DNA of 61,047 nt, from positions 1 to 61,047 of the IMG/VR virus record IMGVR_UViG_3300028198_000003, one strand, 5' to 3'. Position 1 is the stretch's first letter. Every line of letters starts with the position of its first letter. The position numbers and the translations under genes are program-made. This document shows, piece by piece, positions 36,971 through 47,043 of this stretch. Under the pieces are notes generated by a model. It was given only the letters and a program-made list of their open reading frames with translations, was not told where the DNA came from and did not search any database. The DNA is from a virus (taxonomy: Duplodnaviria > Caudoviricetes).

Positions 36971-37957
36971 CTATAATTCAGTCCAAGTATTGCTCGAAAG
37001 TACGTAGGATTTGTTAGTATCTTTAGCGTAAAATACTGTTCCGTCTTCTACAGTGATTGCAACTGGTACACCTGTATCAATGGATATTAGTCCTTTCCCA
37101 CCCTGTGCATTAGCTTTTCCCTCTCCAATACCTGCTACATAAGATGAATCTGATGCATTTGGAGCTGCTGTTGTAGCACCACTACCATCATTACCTTGAG
37201 TATTAACAGGATTAGTAACTGCATTAGTTACTGTTCCCCCTGTATAACTTGAACCTCCACCACAAGCAACACCACCTGCAATTCCATTAGAACCATAAGC
37301 AGAACCTCCACCATAATAACCTGAACCTCCACCTCCATGAGAATAATTACCTGCACCTGATGAATTACCACCTTGTAATGCACCACCAGCAGTATTACCT
37401 GCACCACCAGCAGATTGTGTTCCACCATAACCTCTTGTTGTACCCCAAGTACCTGATGCAGGTTCTCCATTTCCTCCAGTCGTTCCACCACCTGCTCCTC
37501 CTGAACTTCCACTTTGAGAACCGCTTGAACCACCGCCACCAGCAATTAATATCGAATTAGCATGACTTACACTTGTTGTAAATATACCTGTATATCCTGA
37601 ACCGTATGACAAAGGACTTGTAGCCCAACTTTCTACTGTACCTGCACCTGCATAATTAGAACCACCAAAGTTACCACCTTGTGCACCACCATCTCCAACT
37701 ACAATTTTAATTACATCTCCTGATGAAACTGCAACTGTTCCTGAAACAAATCCTCCAGAACCTCCGCCATTAGCGTATCCACCTGCACCTGCTCCCCACA
37801 TTTTTACAGCGAGACTTGTAATTCCACTTGGCACTGTATATGATTCATCTGCACCTGTAAATGTATATGTATCAATTCCAGAACTATAGATAAATCCTGT
37901 CGATGAAAGTTCAGAGTCAAGTCCAATGACACGATTACCTGCTAACCATTCCACCAT
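36971..37957 (-). CDS. Glycine-rich adhesin/tail appendage protein
   Basis: WGAGAGG and AGGGG tracts; shared N- and C-terminal motifs with its neighbours. Confidence 0.75.
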   Translation of the reverse strand: MVEWLAGNRVIGLDSELSSTGFIYSSGIDTYTFTGADESYTVPSGITSLAVKMWGAGAGGYANGGGSGGFVSGTVAVSSGDVIKIVVGDGGAQGGNFGGSNYAGAGTVESWATSPLSYGSGYTGIFTTSVSHANSILIAGGGGSSGSQSGSSGGAGGGTTGGNGEPASGTWGTTRGYGGTQSAGGAGNTAGGALQGGNSSGAGNYSHGGGGSGYYGGGSAYGSNGIAGGVACGGGSSYTGGTVTNAVTNPVNTQGNDGSGATTAAPNASDSSYVAGIGEGKANAQGGKGLISIDTGVPVAITVEDGTVFYAKDTNKSYVLSSNTWTEL

Positions 37958-38027
37958 GTCTATACGTTCACTCCCATATTAGATAAAGATTCTTTCCCTG
38001 CCTCTGCATGATCTTTAAACTCTTGGC

Positions 38028-40043
38028 TCAATTTGGTGTGGTCACTCCGTTGTAAATTTCCAAATCATCTAATGTTCCATTTAATGCACCATTCGCACTA
38101 GATAAGTAATTTTTAATACCAACATACTGTAAACCTGTGACATTTGTTTCTGTAAATGATTTTGTTTCTATTAATGTTGAATAACCAGAATCAGAATAAA
38201 GATTGATTGTAAATACATCTTCATTTCTAACAAGTTCCACATAAATTGTTTCAGCAGTTGGTTTTTTAGTGTAATTTCCACCGTCTCCTGCTGTGTTTGA
38301 AAATCCTGTTGAACCATCTCCCTCAACTCTTATCCTATATTGTTTGTTATTTCCACCTGCTGTATCTGATATTATATACAATGCAAATCCATCTTGTGCT
38401 GTACTTGTTGATGTGCCATGTGAAGCATCAAATAAACCAATATAAATTTGCTGTGAATCACTTGTTGTATTTGTAATCGTATCAATAATTAGTTTGCTTC
38501 TAAAGATAAATTTAGTTGATAACGCATAACCTATATCATAAGTTGTGGCTTGATTGCTAGACGAAGCCGAATCCCAATCTAAAACGTTTGTTGAAGTGTT
38601 TGCAGTAACCAATGTTCCTGTTTTTGTCCACCCACTTGAGAAAGTATCATCTTCAAATGTTGGTTGCATAGTCCAAGTAGCAGGTGTTACTGATGTTGCT
38701 TCGTCATATACTTTTACATCAGTTATTGCTCCTACCATATTATTTGTAGTTGCTTCGGAATATGTCGTTAATTTTACATATTGTAATGCAGTTGCAGTAA
38801 CTCCTGTAACCACTTTAGATTCTAATAATGTAGAGTAAGCAGTATCAGAATACTGATTTACTGTAAACCCTGTTGCAGACGTTCTAATTATCTCAAGGTA
38901 TATTGTTTCAGCAGATGGGGTACGAGTAAAGTTGGAAGTGTTTCCATTTTGTGATGTATCATTTCCCCATGTGGATTTATATTTACTACCTGCTCCATCT
39001 GCTCGTATTAACATACCAATAGAATCCTGAGTTGTATTGTAAGCACCGTTGGTTGATGACAGACCTATGGTAAAATTTTGCATATTTGCACTTGTAGCAC
39101 TAAATGTATCCAATCTTACTTTCATTCTCATAACCCAAGCAGTATCAGATAATGTAGAACCTAAATTCCAATATGCTGACGAACCTGATGTATCGGCATT
39201 AAAATCAATTTCATCATTTGTTGCATCATAAGAAAATGCTCCACTTAATCCTGCCCAGTTAGTTGATGATGATAAATCATCTTCAAATGTTAATGTTGTT
39301 GCTTCATCAAACCAATATCTTCTAGCAGTATCAGTTTCTACAAAGATAGAGTTGTTTTGTACGTTAGTTGGTTTAATATTATCTACATTTCTAGTTAAGA
39401 CTCCAGTTGCACCTGTTCTTGTTCCATTAATACTACCTACTTGATCTGTTAATGTTGATCCTGTTTGTGCGAAATCATAATGATGTGTTAAGTTTGTTTG
39501 TGAAATTGAATCAATTTTAGCAGTATTATAAAGTGTTAATACTTCACTTGCAGTTAATTCTCTTTGCCATAATGAGAAATCTGCAATATTGGATTGTCCA
39601 CTTGCGTGAGTTGCAAATCTAAAATCACTACTAAGATCAATATCAGATGTAGAAGTTCCTGTTGCTCTAGATACACCATTAACATAAATTGTAAATGCAC
39701 CACCACTAGATCGTGTTACTACTATATGATCCCAACCACCGACAGTTGGGGAAACACCTGAATTAATTTGAAGTACACCATAATCTACCCAATAATATCC
39801 AGCAGAACCTTGAGTTCCTGCTAGGAAGAACCCATTATCAGGGCTAGAATTATATTTTTCATAAACAGTTACAGAATTTGTATCATCAGCTTTATGCCAT
39901 ACAGCTTGTGTCCATGCACCTGTTCCCTCATTACCTAAACTACTACCCATATTTACAAGTTTACTTGTATGTAATTGCCAATAACTATCTGCGAATGTGC
40001 TAGTATCTACAATTCGTTTACTATCTTTGTATTCTATGGTCAT
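38028..40043 (-). CDS. LamG/concanavalin-like adhesin with two tandem C-terminal beta-sandwich repeats
   Basis: WDHIVVT...IYVNG...RELTASEV..LY; duplicated TFEDD...P[ST]AETIY[LV]E..R...YSD..YSTL.E.K. Start MTIEY at 40043. Confidence 0.8.
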   Translation of the reverse strand: MTIEYKDSKRIVDTSTFADSYWQLHTSKLVNMGSSLGNEGTGAWTQAVWHKADDTNSVTVYEKYNSSPDNGFFLAGTQGSAGYYWVDYGVLQINSGVSPTVGGWDHIVVTRSSGGAFTIYVNGVSRATGTSTSDIDLSSDFRFATHASGQSNIADFSLWQRELTASEVLTLYNTAKIDSISQTNLTHHYDFAQTGSTLTDQVGSINGTRTGATGVLTRNVDNIKPTNVQNNSIFVETDTARRYWFDEATTLTFEDDLSSSTNWAGLSGAFSYDATNDEIDFNADTSGSSAYWNLGSTLSDTAWVMRMKVRLDTFSATSANMQNFTIGLSSTNGAYNTTQDSIGMLIRADGAGSKYKSTWGNDTSQNGNTSNFTRTPSAETIYLEIIRTSATGFTVNQYSDTAYSTLLESKVVTGVTATALQYVKLTTYSEATTNNMVGAITDVKVYDEATSVTPATWTMQPTFEDDTFSSGWTKTGTLVTANTSTNVLDWDSASSSNQATTYDIGYALSTKFIFRSKLIIDTITNTTSDSQQIYIGLFDASHGTSTSTAQDGFALYIISDTAGGNNKQYRIRVEGDGSTGFSNTAGDGGNYTKKPTAETIYVELVRNEDVFTINLYSDSGYSTLIETKSFTETNVTGLQYVGIKNYLSSANGALNGTLDDLEIYNGVTTPN

Positions 40044-41656
40044 GTTCCTTCCTCCTTCCATACGTTGTCAGTAGATGTTACATCATTGTAAAACTTCAAA
40101 TCATCAATAGTAAAATTTAATGTTCCACTAAAACCTTCAACATATTGAGATACTTTAATATATTTTGTTCCTGTTATATTTGAAAGATTATTTGAAGCTT
40201 CTGTAATTGTAGGTGTATCAGAATAATCTGCATTATTATAAATATATGTTTTAAAACTTGTATTTCCATCTCTAATCAATTTTATGTATTTTGTTCCTGA
40301 TGTTACTGTAACACCTGTTCCAACATATTGTGCTGTTGTATTGTTATTATTGAAAGATTCGTGAGCATTAATATCACTTCTTGGACATATAGTGAAATCT
40401 ACTTCATCAATATTTGCAGGTTCGCCAACTGTTGTTGCACTTGCCAATCCAATATAACATCTATGTTGATTTCCTGAATTGGTATTAACAGCATAAGGGG
40501 AAGCAATATCTAAAGTAAAAGTCATTACCCATGATGTTCCAACTGTTATTGAATCGTTTGCAAGTAGGTCATAAGTCATATTTGTTTGTATATTATCTGT
40601 ATCTGATTTTACATTTAGTTTGTTTGAACCAATATTAAAATAAGTTGGGTTTCCACTAACCCACCCTGTACTGCTTGAGAAATTAAATTCTTTTGTCATT
40701 GGATCAGAATAATGATACATCTTTCGTGTATCGGTTTCTTCAAATCTGCTTCCTACTTGGACATTGGTTGGTTTACCACCTGCTGAAGTATCATAAGTAT
40801 TACCACTTGTAGCAAATTTAATAATTACAATACCTGAACCACCATCACCACCTGTTCCACCAAGTGAGTGTTGTCCACCACCACCACCTGTTCCATCAGT
40901 TCCAGATACCCCTGCTGTACCACCACCATGAGAAGCAGTTCCACTAGGAGTTGAACCTTCACTTCCACCTGAACCACCACCAGCATAACCAACTGACGTT
41001 CCAGTAATTGAAATATCTAACCCTGCACCACCATTACCAACGGTATTGCCACCACTACTTGATGAAGTAATACCGATAGTACCTGCACCACCTGCACCAC
41101 CACCACCTGAACCTGTCCAATATGATGAACTACCAGATGATGTTGATGAAGCTGTACCACCATTGTTTCCTTGTCCAGTAGTTCCTTGTCCAGTAGTTAC
41201 ACTGTTACTTGGAAATGACAATCCAACTCCACCTCCAGAACCTCCATTTTGACCGTCAATATCCCAAGATTCACGACCTCCTCCACCACCAATGGCAGTT
41301 AATGAGTTAATTGATGAATCATTACCATTAGATGCTGATGTTCCAGAAACAGCACCATTTCCCCCATCACCTACAACAACTGAATAAGTGCCACTTGCTA
41401 AATTAGAAAATGTGCCTTGTAACAATCCTCCAGCTCCGCCACCGCCACCTGATTTTGTGCCTCCCCCACCACCACCAGCAACTACGAGATATTCCACATT
41501 GAATGAGGAAGTTGGTGTGAATGTTCCTGACTCTGTAAATGTGATTATAGTATTACCTGCTGATGATGATGTATCTATTGTTCCACGATTAGAAACTACT
41601 GGTACATCAGAACTTGTTGCTTGAATCCTTCTACCTGCGTGATATGTTATTGCCAT
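40040..41656 (-). CDS. Glycine-rich-domain adhesin/tail appendage protein
   Basis: FTESGTF..VEYLVVAGGGGGG...GGSGIVII; KPTNVQVGSRFEETDT motif. Confidence 0.8.
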   Translation of the reverse strand: MAITYHAGRRIQATSSDVPVVSNRGTIDTSSSAGNTIITFTESGTFTPTSSFNVEYLVVAGGGGGGTKSGGGGGAGGLLQGTFSNLASGTYSVVVGDGGNGAVSGTSASNGNDSSINSLTAIGGGGGRESWDIDGQNGGSGGGVGLSFPSNSVTTGQGTTGQGNNGGTASSTSSGSSSYWTGSGGGGAGGAGTIGITSSSSGGNTVGNGGAGLDISITGTSVGYAGGGSGGSEGSTPSGTASHGGGTAGVSGTDGTGGGGGQHSLGGTGGDGGSGIVIIKFATSGNTYDTSAGGKPTNVQVGSRFEETDTRKMYHYSDPMTKEFNFSSSTGWVSGNPTYFNIGSNKLNVKSDTDNIQTNMTYDLLANDSITVGTSWVMTFTLDIASPYAVNTNSGNQHRCYIGLASATTVGEPANIDEVDFTICPRSDINAHESFNNNNTTAQYVGTGVTVTSGTKYIKLIRDGNTSFKTYIYNNADYSDTPTITEASNNLSNITGTKYIKVSQYVEGFSGTLNFTIDDLKFYNDVTSTDNVWKEEGT

Positions 41657-41672
41657 CAGTCAATCAATCCAC

Positions 41673-43385
41673 CTATGCAATTTGAACCTCGACAGCGGCT
41701 CCGTTCTTCCAGATCTTTGTAAATACGCCTTCGTTGTTGGCATCTATCTTCTTTATGTAAATGTCTCTTGTACCTACACCCACGGTTCCGAAAGATGATG
41801 CTGTGCCTGTATAGGTAGTAGTTTGAGTATTTGAAAATTCGTGAACAATCGTTGCTCCTCCACCTGCTGATTGCCATTGACCATCACCTCTAAGGAATGT
41901 TGTTGAACTTGGTGTTCCTGATGATGTGGCTATTCCTGCTATTGGTAATCCAGTTGCATTTGTTAATACACCTGATGCTGGTGTTCCTAATGTTGGCGTT
42001 GAAAAAGTTGGTGATGTTAATGTTTTATTAGTTAATGTTTGTGATGTTGATAAATCTACTGTTACTGCTGTATCTATTGCTATTGTATTTCCAGTCTTTG
42101 TGATTCCTGTTCCTCCTACAAGATCTCCTACTCCTGAGAATTGTGAGAAAGTTAATACTGTAGTGCCTACTGTAATTGGATCATCTGTAGTTAATACAAA
42201 TCCTTGACCTGCTAAAGTTGTACCCTCAGTAATTAAAGTGTATAAACCTGCTGTTACTTCAACGTTTGCATCTGCATCAGTTGATCTTGCCCATGCTCCT
42301 GCTGCTGAAACATAGATACCGTTTTGTGATCCTGTTGTTTGATTTTTAACTAAAACTCTATCTGTTGTAGTTGTTACTCCATCGATAGTTTGTTCTCCAC
42401 TTAATGTAATGTTTGCAGTAGTTGCTACTCTACATGAATCTTTTGCGTCTAATCCTGCTTGGGCTGCATCTACTTGAGATTTTGTTGCTGCGTCCTGTGC
42501 TGCTGTACCATCTGCCAGTCCTGTTAATTTTTGTGAGTTAAATGCCACTGATGCTGAAGGTGCTGTCATGTTTGCATAACTTAATGGATCTGTTGCTAAT
42601 TTTGCGATTGCAATATCTCCATCTGCGATTGCTGTGGCGTTACCTGTTGAGGTTACGATTCCTGTCAAGTTTGCGTTGGTTGTTACTGTTGCTGAATTAC
42701 CTGTACAACTTGCTGAACTGCCTGTTGTATTTTGATTCAATGTTGCTACACTAACTACACCTGCATTGGTCATTGTAGCATCTCCAGAAAGTGCTGCTGC
42801 TGTAAATCCTGTTCCATCTCCAATTAATAATTCTGTATCTGCTAATGCTACATCTGATGGAACTCCTGTTGAATTTGCATTTCTAACTTTAATTGTATTT
42901 GCTGCCATATCTGCAAGTTTGACATTTGTAACTGATCCATCTGCCGTGGTTCCTCCACCATAACCATACCAATAATTTCCTTTTCTAATTAGGATTGTAG
43001 GTTTGGTTGTAGATAATGTTTCATTTGCATCACTAATAGTTTTTATGTGACCATCTGCTGATGGACTTGAAGTATTTGTTAATGTAATTGTATCTCCTGT
43101 ATCTGCAAAAAGATATATCAAATCATATTGACTTGTGTTTGCTATTGCTAATTTATCTAAAGTATCTGTAATTCCTGCCTCTGCTGCTGCAACTGTAACT
43201 GAATCTGTTACTGTTAATACACCTGAGGCTATTGTTACTGTTGCTGTTGTAGGTGTGTTACCATACATTCCTGATTGTGCAGGATCTTCATTCCACTCAT
43301 TAGTTCCTACTGGAGAAGAGCCATCATCAGGATAAGTGGTAGTATTGACTTCTGTTGCGTGCTTGTAGATTGCTTTACGTGCCAT
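41673..43385 (-). CDS. Tail fibre protein
   Basis: DAATK..VD; ATTANITLSGEQTIDGV..DRVLVKNQT...NGIY; QTLTNKTLTSP; FLRGDGQW. Confidence 0.85.
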   Translation of the reverse strand: MARKAIYKHATEVNTTTYPDDGSSPVGTNEWNEDPAQSGMYGNTPTTATVTIASGVLTVTDSVTVAAAEAGITDTLDKLAIANTSQYDLIYLFADTGDTITLTNTSSPSADGHIKTISDANETLSTTKPTILIRKGNYWYGYGGGTTADGSVTNVKLADMAANTIKVRNANSTGVPSDVALADTELLIGDGTGFTAAALSGDATMTNAGVVSVATLNQNTTGSSASCTGNSATVTTNANLTGIVTSTGNATAIADGDIAIAKLATDPLSYANMTAPSASVAFNSQKLTGLADGTAAQDAATKSQVDAAQAGLDAKDSCRVATTANITLSGEQTIDGVTTTTDRVLVKNQTTGSQNGIYVSAAGAWARSTDADANVEVTAGLYTLITEGTTLAGQGFVLTTDDPITVGTTVLTFSQFSGVGDLVGGTGITKTGNTIAIDTAVTVDLSTSQTLTNKTLTSPTFSTPTLGTPASGVLTNATGLPIAGIATSSGTPSSTTFLRGDGQWQSAGGGATIVHEFSNTQTTTYTGTASSFGTVGVGTRDIYIKKIDANNEGVFTKIWKNGAAVEVQIA

Positions 43386-43531
43386 CAGTTATTACCTCGT
43401 ATCTCTTCCTTATTAACCTTTGTTAATACAAAATTAACCTTCTCATCAAATCTTACTTTATCATCAAGTCCACCTGTTGCTTTTGGGAACTTCATACTAA
43501 TTCTTTCTAACAAATTAAATATGCCTCCCAT
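43385..43531 (-). CDS. Hypothetical 48-aa protein
   Basis: Translated by hand (MGGIFNLLERISMKFPK...); TGATG overlap with the next gene. Confidence 0.55.
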   Translation of the reverse strand: MGGIFNLLERISMKFPKATGGLDDKVRFDEKVNFVLTKVNKEEIRGNN

Positions 43532-43553
43532 AGATAAGCCTTTAGGCAAAGGG

Positions 43554-44132
43554 TTATACTCCGTTAAATGTATGATTTACGAAGAGTTTTAGTGTATCAG
43601 TGCTTGTTTTATGGAATGTTGCAGGTGATGTAAAGTTCCAGTGTGTCAAGATTTTGGTTGCACTTACTGGTGATGTTTGTCCAACATCATAAATTGCTCC
43701 ACCTGTAATTGGGTTTCCTGCTGATGTGTCAATTTGGTTGGTTGCCCAATCAAATCTATAAGATATTGCATCTGCTGAAGCACCTGTATTATCGGAATCC
43801 TGATCATTGGTTAATGGGTAGGTTGCTGTTAGTCCTCTAACTGCACCTGTAGTTGTAATTGGACTGCTTACTTGACCATATGCATCTGTTTTTGCAATGG
43901 TATCTGCTGAAGCAGGGTTTTGTAGAACGCATGCTGAAGCATGAAAGTTTTCATTTGTTGCAGGATTTTCTTCTGCTGACTGTTTAGCGTAAAATATATC
44001 ACCGTCATTAGTGACTAGGTTTGAGCCATACCACCAGTCTTTTGAACCGTCTTGATGAGTGACTACTACACAAATATTATTTTTTGGATCTATTTCTGTT
44101 GGAAGTTGTTTGCCGTTACCGTGAATTAACAT
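43554..44132 (-). CDS. Probable virion structural protein (baseplate/fibre-associated)
   Basis: NLVTNDG...ITGGAIYD...KTSTDTLKL pattern seen in tail-associated proteins. Confidence 0.65.
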   Translation of the reverse strand: MLIHGNGKQLPTEIDPKNNICVVVTHQDGSKDWWYGSNLVTNDGDIFYAKQSAEENPATNENFHASACVLQNPASADTIAKTDAYGQVSSPITTTGAVRGLTATYPLTNDQDSDNTGASADAISYRFDWATNQIDTSAGNPITGGAIYDVGQTSPVSATKILTHWNFTSPATFHKTSTDTLKLFVNHTFNGV

Positions 44133-44194
44133 GTAATATGTTTAATATTGAAGTATTTAAATATTATTGTCTTTGAATAAGACAGTAATCTTTA

Positions 44195-46132
44195 TTATGG
44201 GTTCAAATTGGTATCTGTGACTAGGTTACTGATTGCCTCTGCTGAGGTCTTTTCAATATCAAATGCGTCCAATAGGAAGTCACCTGTCTCTATGGTTGTT
44301 TTACCTTCTGGGTAAGTCCAAGTTATTGATTTTATTGTGGTACTGACATCAAGATTTTTAGTGGTATTTGTTACCTTTACCTTGAAATTCTCTCTAACAA
44401 AATCTATCAAAGCAGGAGCAACTATAGTATATCTGGTATTAATAACTGCATGTTTTGTAAGAAATTTATTTCTAAAAATTATTGCTGCTGCTGCATCAGT
44501 AATTTGTGGTGTAAATATTCTTTTTGAGTATAATCCTATAAGATTAATAGAAGTTGTATCAGAATCGTGTATTATATTAAAACTACCTGATATTCTGGTT
44601 GATACATATAAATCGTTTACAGTCATACTATCATCATATCCATCAGCAGTTACATCATATAGTTTACCAAATTTCAATGTATCAGTTAAATCAATATCAT
44701 TATCTTCTATAATACATTTACCTCTTGGTGATACATAAAATGATTTATCTACTATAGTCATTAACTGATTAATAATTTCTAAGAAATTACCTGATCCTTC
44801 ATAAGAGTTTATTGTATTTGATACTGAAGTTAGATCTCTTACACTTAATTTAAAATTAGGTGAATTTATAAGTGTTTGATTAAGGTGAGCAAATATTGAT
44901 CTTATAATTTCTACAGAGGAACAAATAGTGAAAGTTTTACCAGATCTACTTGGACTTGTTGCAGGACTTAAATTTCTATACCATTCACCAGTAACATAAG
45001 TACTTCCACTAGGTAATATTATATCACTTATAACTGAATCTATTATGACTTTACCAAATCCTTTTACATATATTTTCTTTTGATCTATACTAGATTCTAT
45101 TTTCCATACTGTTCCTGCAAGTTTCATGATCAAAGGTATAGGTCTTGATGAAAATATTTGTTTGGAACTTTCTGAGTCAAGTACATTAGAATATATTCTT
45201 ATAGAATATAATTTTCCTTCAAATTTACTATTTGTTGATGTAACAGTATTAGTACTCCATGCTGATGCTTTTGATCCTATAGTTGCATCAGTTGGAACTG
45301 AAAAAGAGCCTGATGATTTTGGATATGAAGCAGTTCCAGTATAAGTTCCATTGGGTGCTCCAAAAGGAATACTCTCTGAACCATTAACTAACCATAAATT
45401 AAATGTTATACCTTTTCTTTGTAATCTCACAAGACATGGTGTATCAGCTTGACAGTATGATGCAGAGCCACCATCACTACCTGAAGTAGAAAATGATTTA
45501 GATCCTACTCCTGAAGTAGTATTCTCAATGGTTGCGATTGCATAAAATTGATTAGAAGTCATACCTAATTTAATTGTTATGCCTTCACCAGAACTATTAA
45601 TTTTTGAAAATATAACTCCACCTTGTTCACCGTCTTCTGGTTCAACCCAACAAAATATATCAAAATCTCCTGAGAAATCTAATGTATTGGTAGTACCGTC
45701 TTTAAGAAACTTGTTTGGAATTATAGCACCTTTACCATTACTTGTTGCAGTAGCACCGTAAAATCCTTTGAATTTATTATTTGCAGTTGTAGTTAAAGTA
45801 TAATCCAATCCATCATAATCTGTAAATCCAGATAAAGTACTATGTGTTTGATTTACAGGATCATTGTTATATCCACTTTCATCAAGACATGAGCCTTGAA
45901 ACAAATAAGCACCTCTCAAATGTGTTGCATCTGCTACGTCTTGTATGTATTTATATTCATCTCCTATAAGTGATGATATTCTTGAAGGAACTTTGAATAT
46001 ACCAGAATCTACTGCTCTTAACCCATCTCTTGCTATTTCTGCATGATCCATAGGAACAGTGGATACTACTCTTACATCAGAACCTCCAATATCTTGAGTG
46101 TCTTCTTTAACAAGTTTAGCAAAAGATTTCAA
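44195..46132 (-). CDS. Baseplate hub/tail protein with LamG-like domain
   Basis: DESGYNN, FDIFCWV, FEGKL..IRIYS; C-terminal hub-like end; position after the distal tail gene. Confidence 0.7.
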   Translation of the reverse strand: MKSFAKLVKEDTQDIGGSDVRVVSTVPMDHAEIARDGLRAVDSGIFKVPSRISSLIGDEYKYIQDVADATHLRGAYLFQGSCLDESGYNNDPVNQTHSTLSGFTDYDGLDYTLTTTANNKFKGFYGATATSNGKGAIIPNKFLKDGTTNTLDFSGDFDIFCWVEPEDGEQGGVIFSKINSSGEGITIKLGMTSNQFYAIATIENTTSGVGSKSFSTSGSDGGSASYCQADTPCLVRLQRKGITFNLWLVNGSESIPFGAPNGTYTGTASYPKSSGSFSVPTDATIGSKASAWSTNTVTSTNSKFEGKLYSIRIYSNVLDSESSKQIFSSRPIPLIMKLAGTVWKIESSIDQKKIYVKGFGKVIIDSVISDIILPSGSTYVTGEWYRNLSPATSPSRSGKTFTICSSVEIIRSIFAHLNQTLINSPNFKLSVRDLTSVSNTINSYEGSGNFLEIINQLMTIVDKSFYVSPRGKCIIEDNDIDLTDTLKFGKLYDVTADGYDDSMTVNDLYVSTRISGSFNIIHDSDTTSINLIGLYSKRIFTPQITDAAAAIIFRNKFLTKHAVINTRYTIVAPALIDFVRENFKVKVTNTTKNLDVSTTIKSITWTYPEGKTTIETGDFLLDAFDIEKTSAEAISNLVTDTNLNP

Positions 46133-47043
46133 GTAGAATCAACTCTTACTCTCTCTGAACGTATGCCTGAACCACCTGTATTTTTAGCAACTATGAAGAC
46201 ATAATATTGACCTGTTAATGATGTTGCAGTAAATTGATATTTACCATTTGTTATACTAGCAGTTGCAGCAGCCTGCGTAACTTTATGATAACTTGTAACA
46301 GCATCACCAACTTTTTGATAACCCAAAGAAAATGATATAATATTAGTTCCACCTGATCTTACAGGATCAGTCCATCTATATCTTATACTTCCTGATGCAG
46401 GACTACTTATCTCTAAACCTGTTACCATTTCAGGAGTATCTGCATCATATATTGACATTACATTTCCTACTAAATAGTCTACATTAACAGTCCATACTAC
46501 AGGAGAACCTGAATCTACAGATGTTGAGATTGATTGTATAGATCCTGCACCTTCATAAAATATTGAGTCAGTGGTAGTGTCTATAATTCTTAATAGAAAT
46601 GTATCTGTAATTGATCTTGATTCAAAGTTACTAAGAAAAGAATCTACTAACTTTATATTATTGGCTTCAACTTGGTCAACATAAACATAATCAGTTTCAG
46701 TTCCATTATTATCATACTTATCAACGTCTATATGATCATCTTCTTCCAATATTTCATCTAATGCTATACCAGTTACATTAGCTAATGTGACCAAGTTAGA
46801 ATCAAATTTACAACCAAATCTTATCTGTTGTGAGTTACCTTCCATTTTTACCAATATATTTTCTGTTGATTTATCTTCAGGTAATGGCATAGGTGATATG
46901 GGTGTGTTTAAATCTATCCCTATAGTTTCAAATGTTTTAGCTTGAAATCTATCTATTCTATAAGTATTTGTTTGAGTTGTGCCACCTTGAGGAAGATATG
47001 ATTCAGGGTGAATCTTATACAACTCTATCATTATATCAGTCAT
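46129..47043 (-). CDS. Distal tail-like protein with C-terminal fibronectin type III domain
   Basis: Follows the tape measure gene; P..VTGL...WTDP..SGG...Y...IVAKN..GSG. Confidence 0.65.
   Translation of the reverse strand: MTDIMIELYKIHPESYLPQGGTTQTNTYRIDRFQAKTFETIGIDLNTPISPMPLPEDKSTENILVKMEGNSQQIRFGCKFDSNLVTLANVTGIALDEILEEDDHIDVDKYDNNGTETDYVYVDQVEANNIKLVDSFLSNFESRSITDTFLLRIIDTTTDSIFYEGAGSIQSISTSVDSGSPVVWTVNVDYLVGNVMSIYDADTPEMVTGLEISSPASGSIRYRWTDPVRSGGTNIISFSLGYQKVGDAVTSYHKVTQAAATASITNGKYQFTATSLTGQYYVFIVAKNTGGSGIRSERVRVDST

Noticed and set aside
36971-43385. Diversity-generating retroelement acting on the adhesins
   Set aside because: No reverse transcriptase and no adenine-variant template/variable repeat pair noticed.
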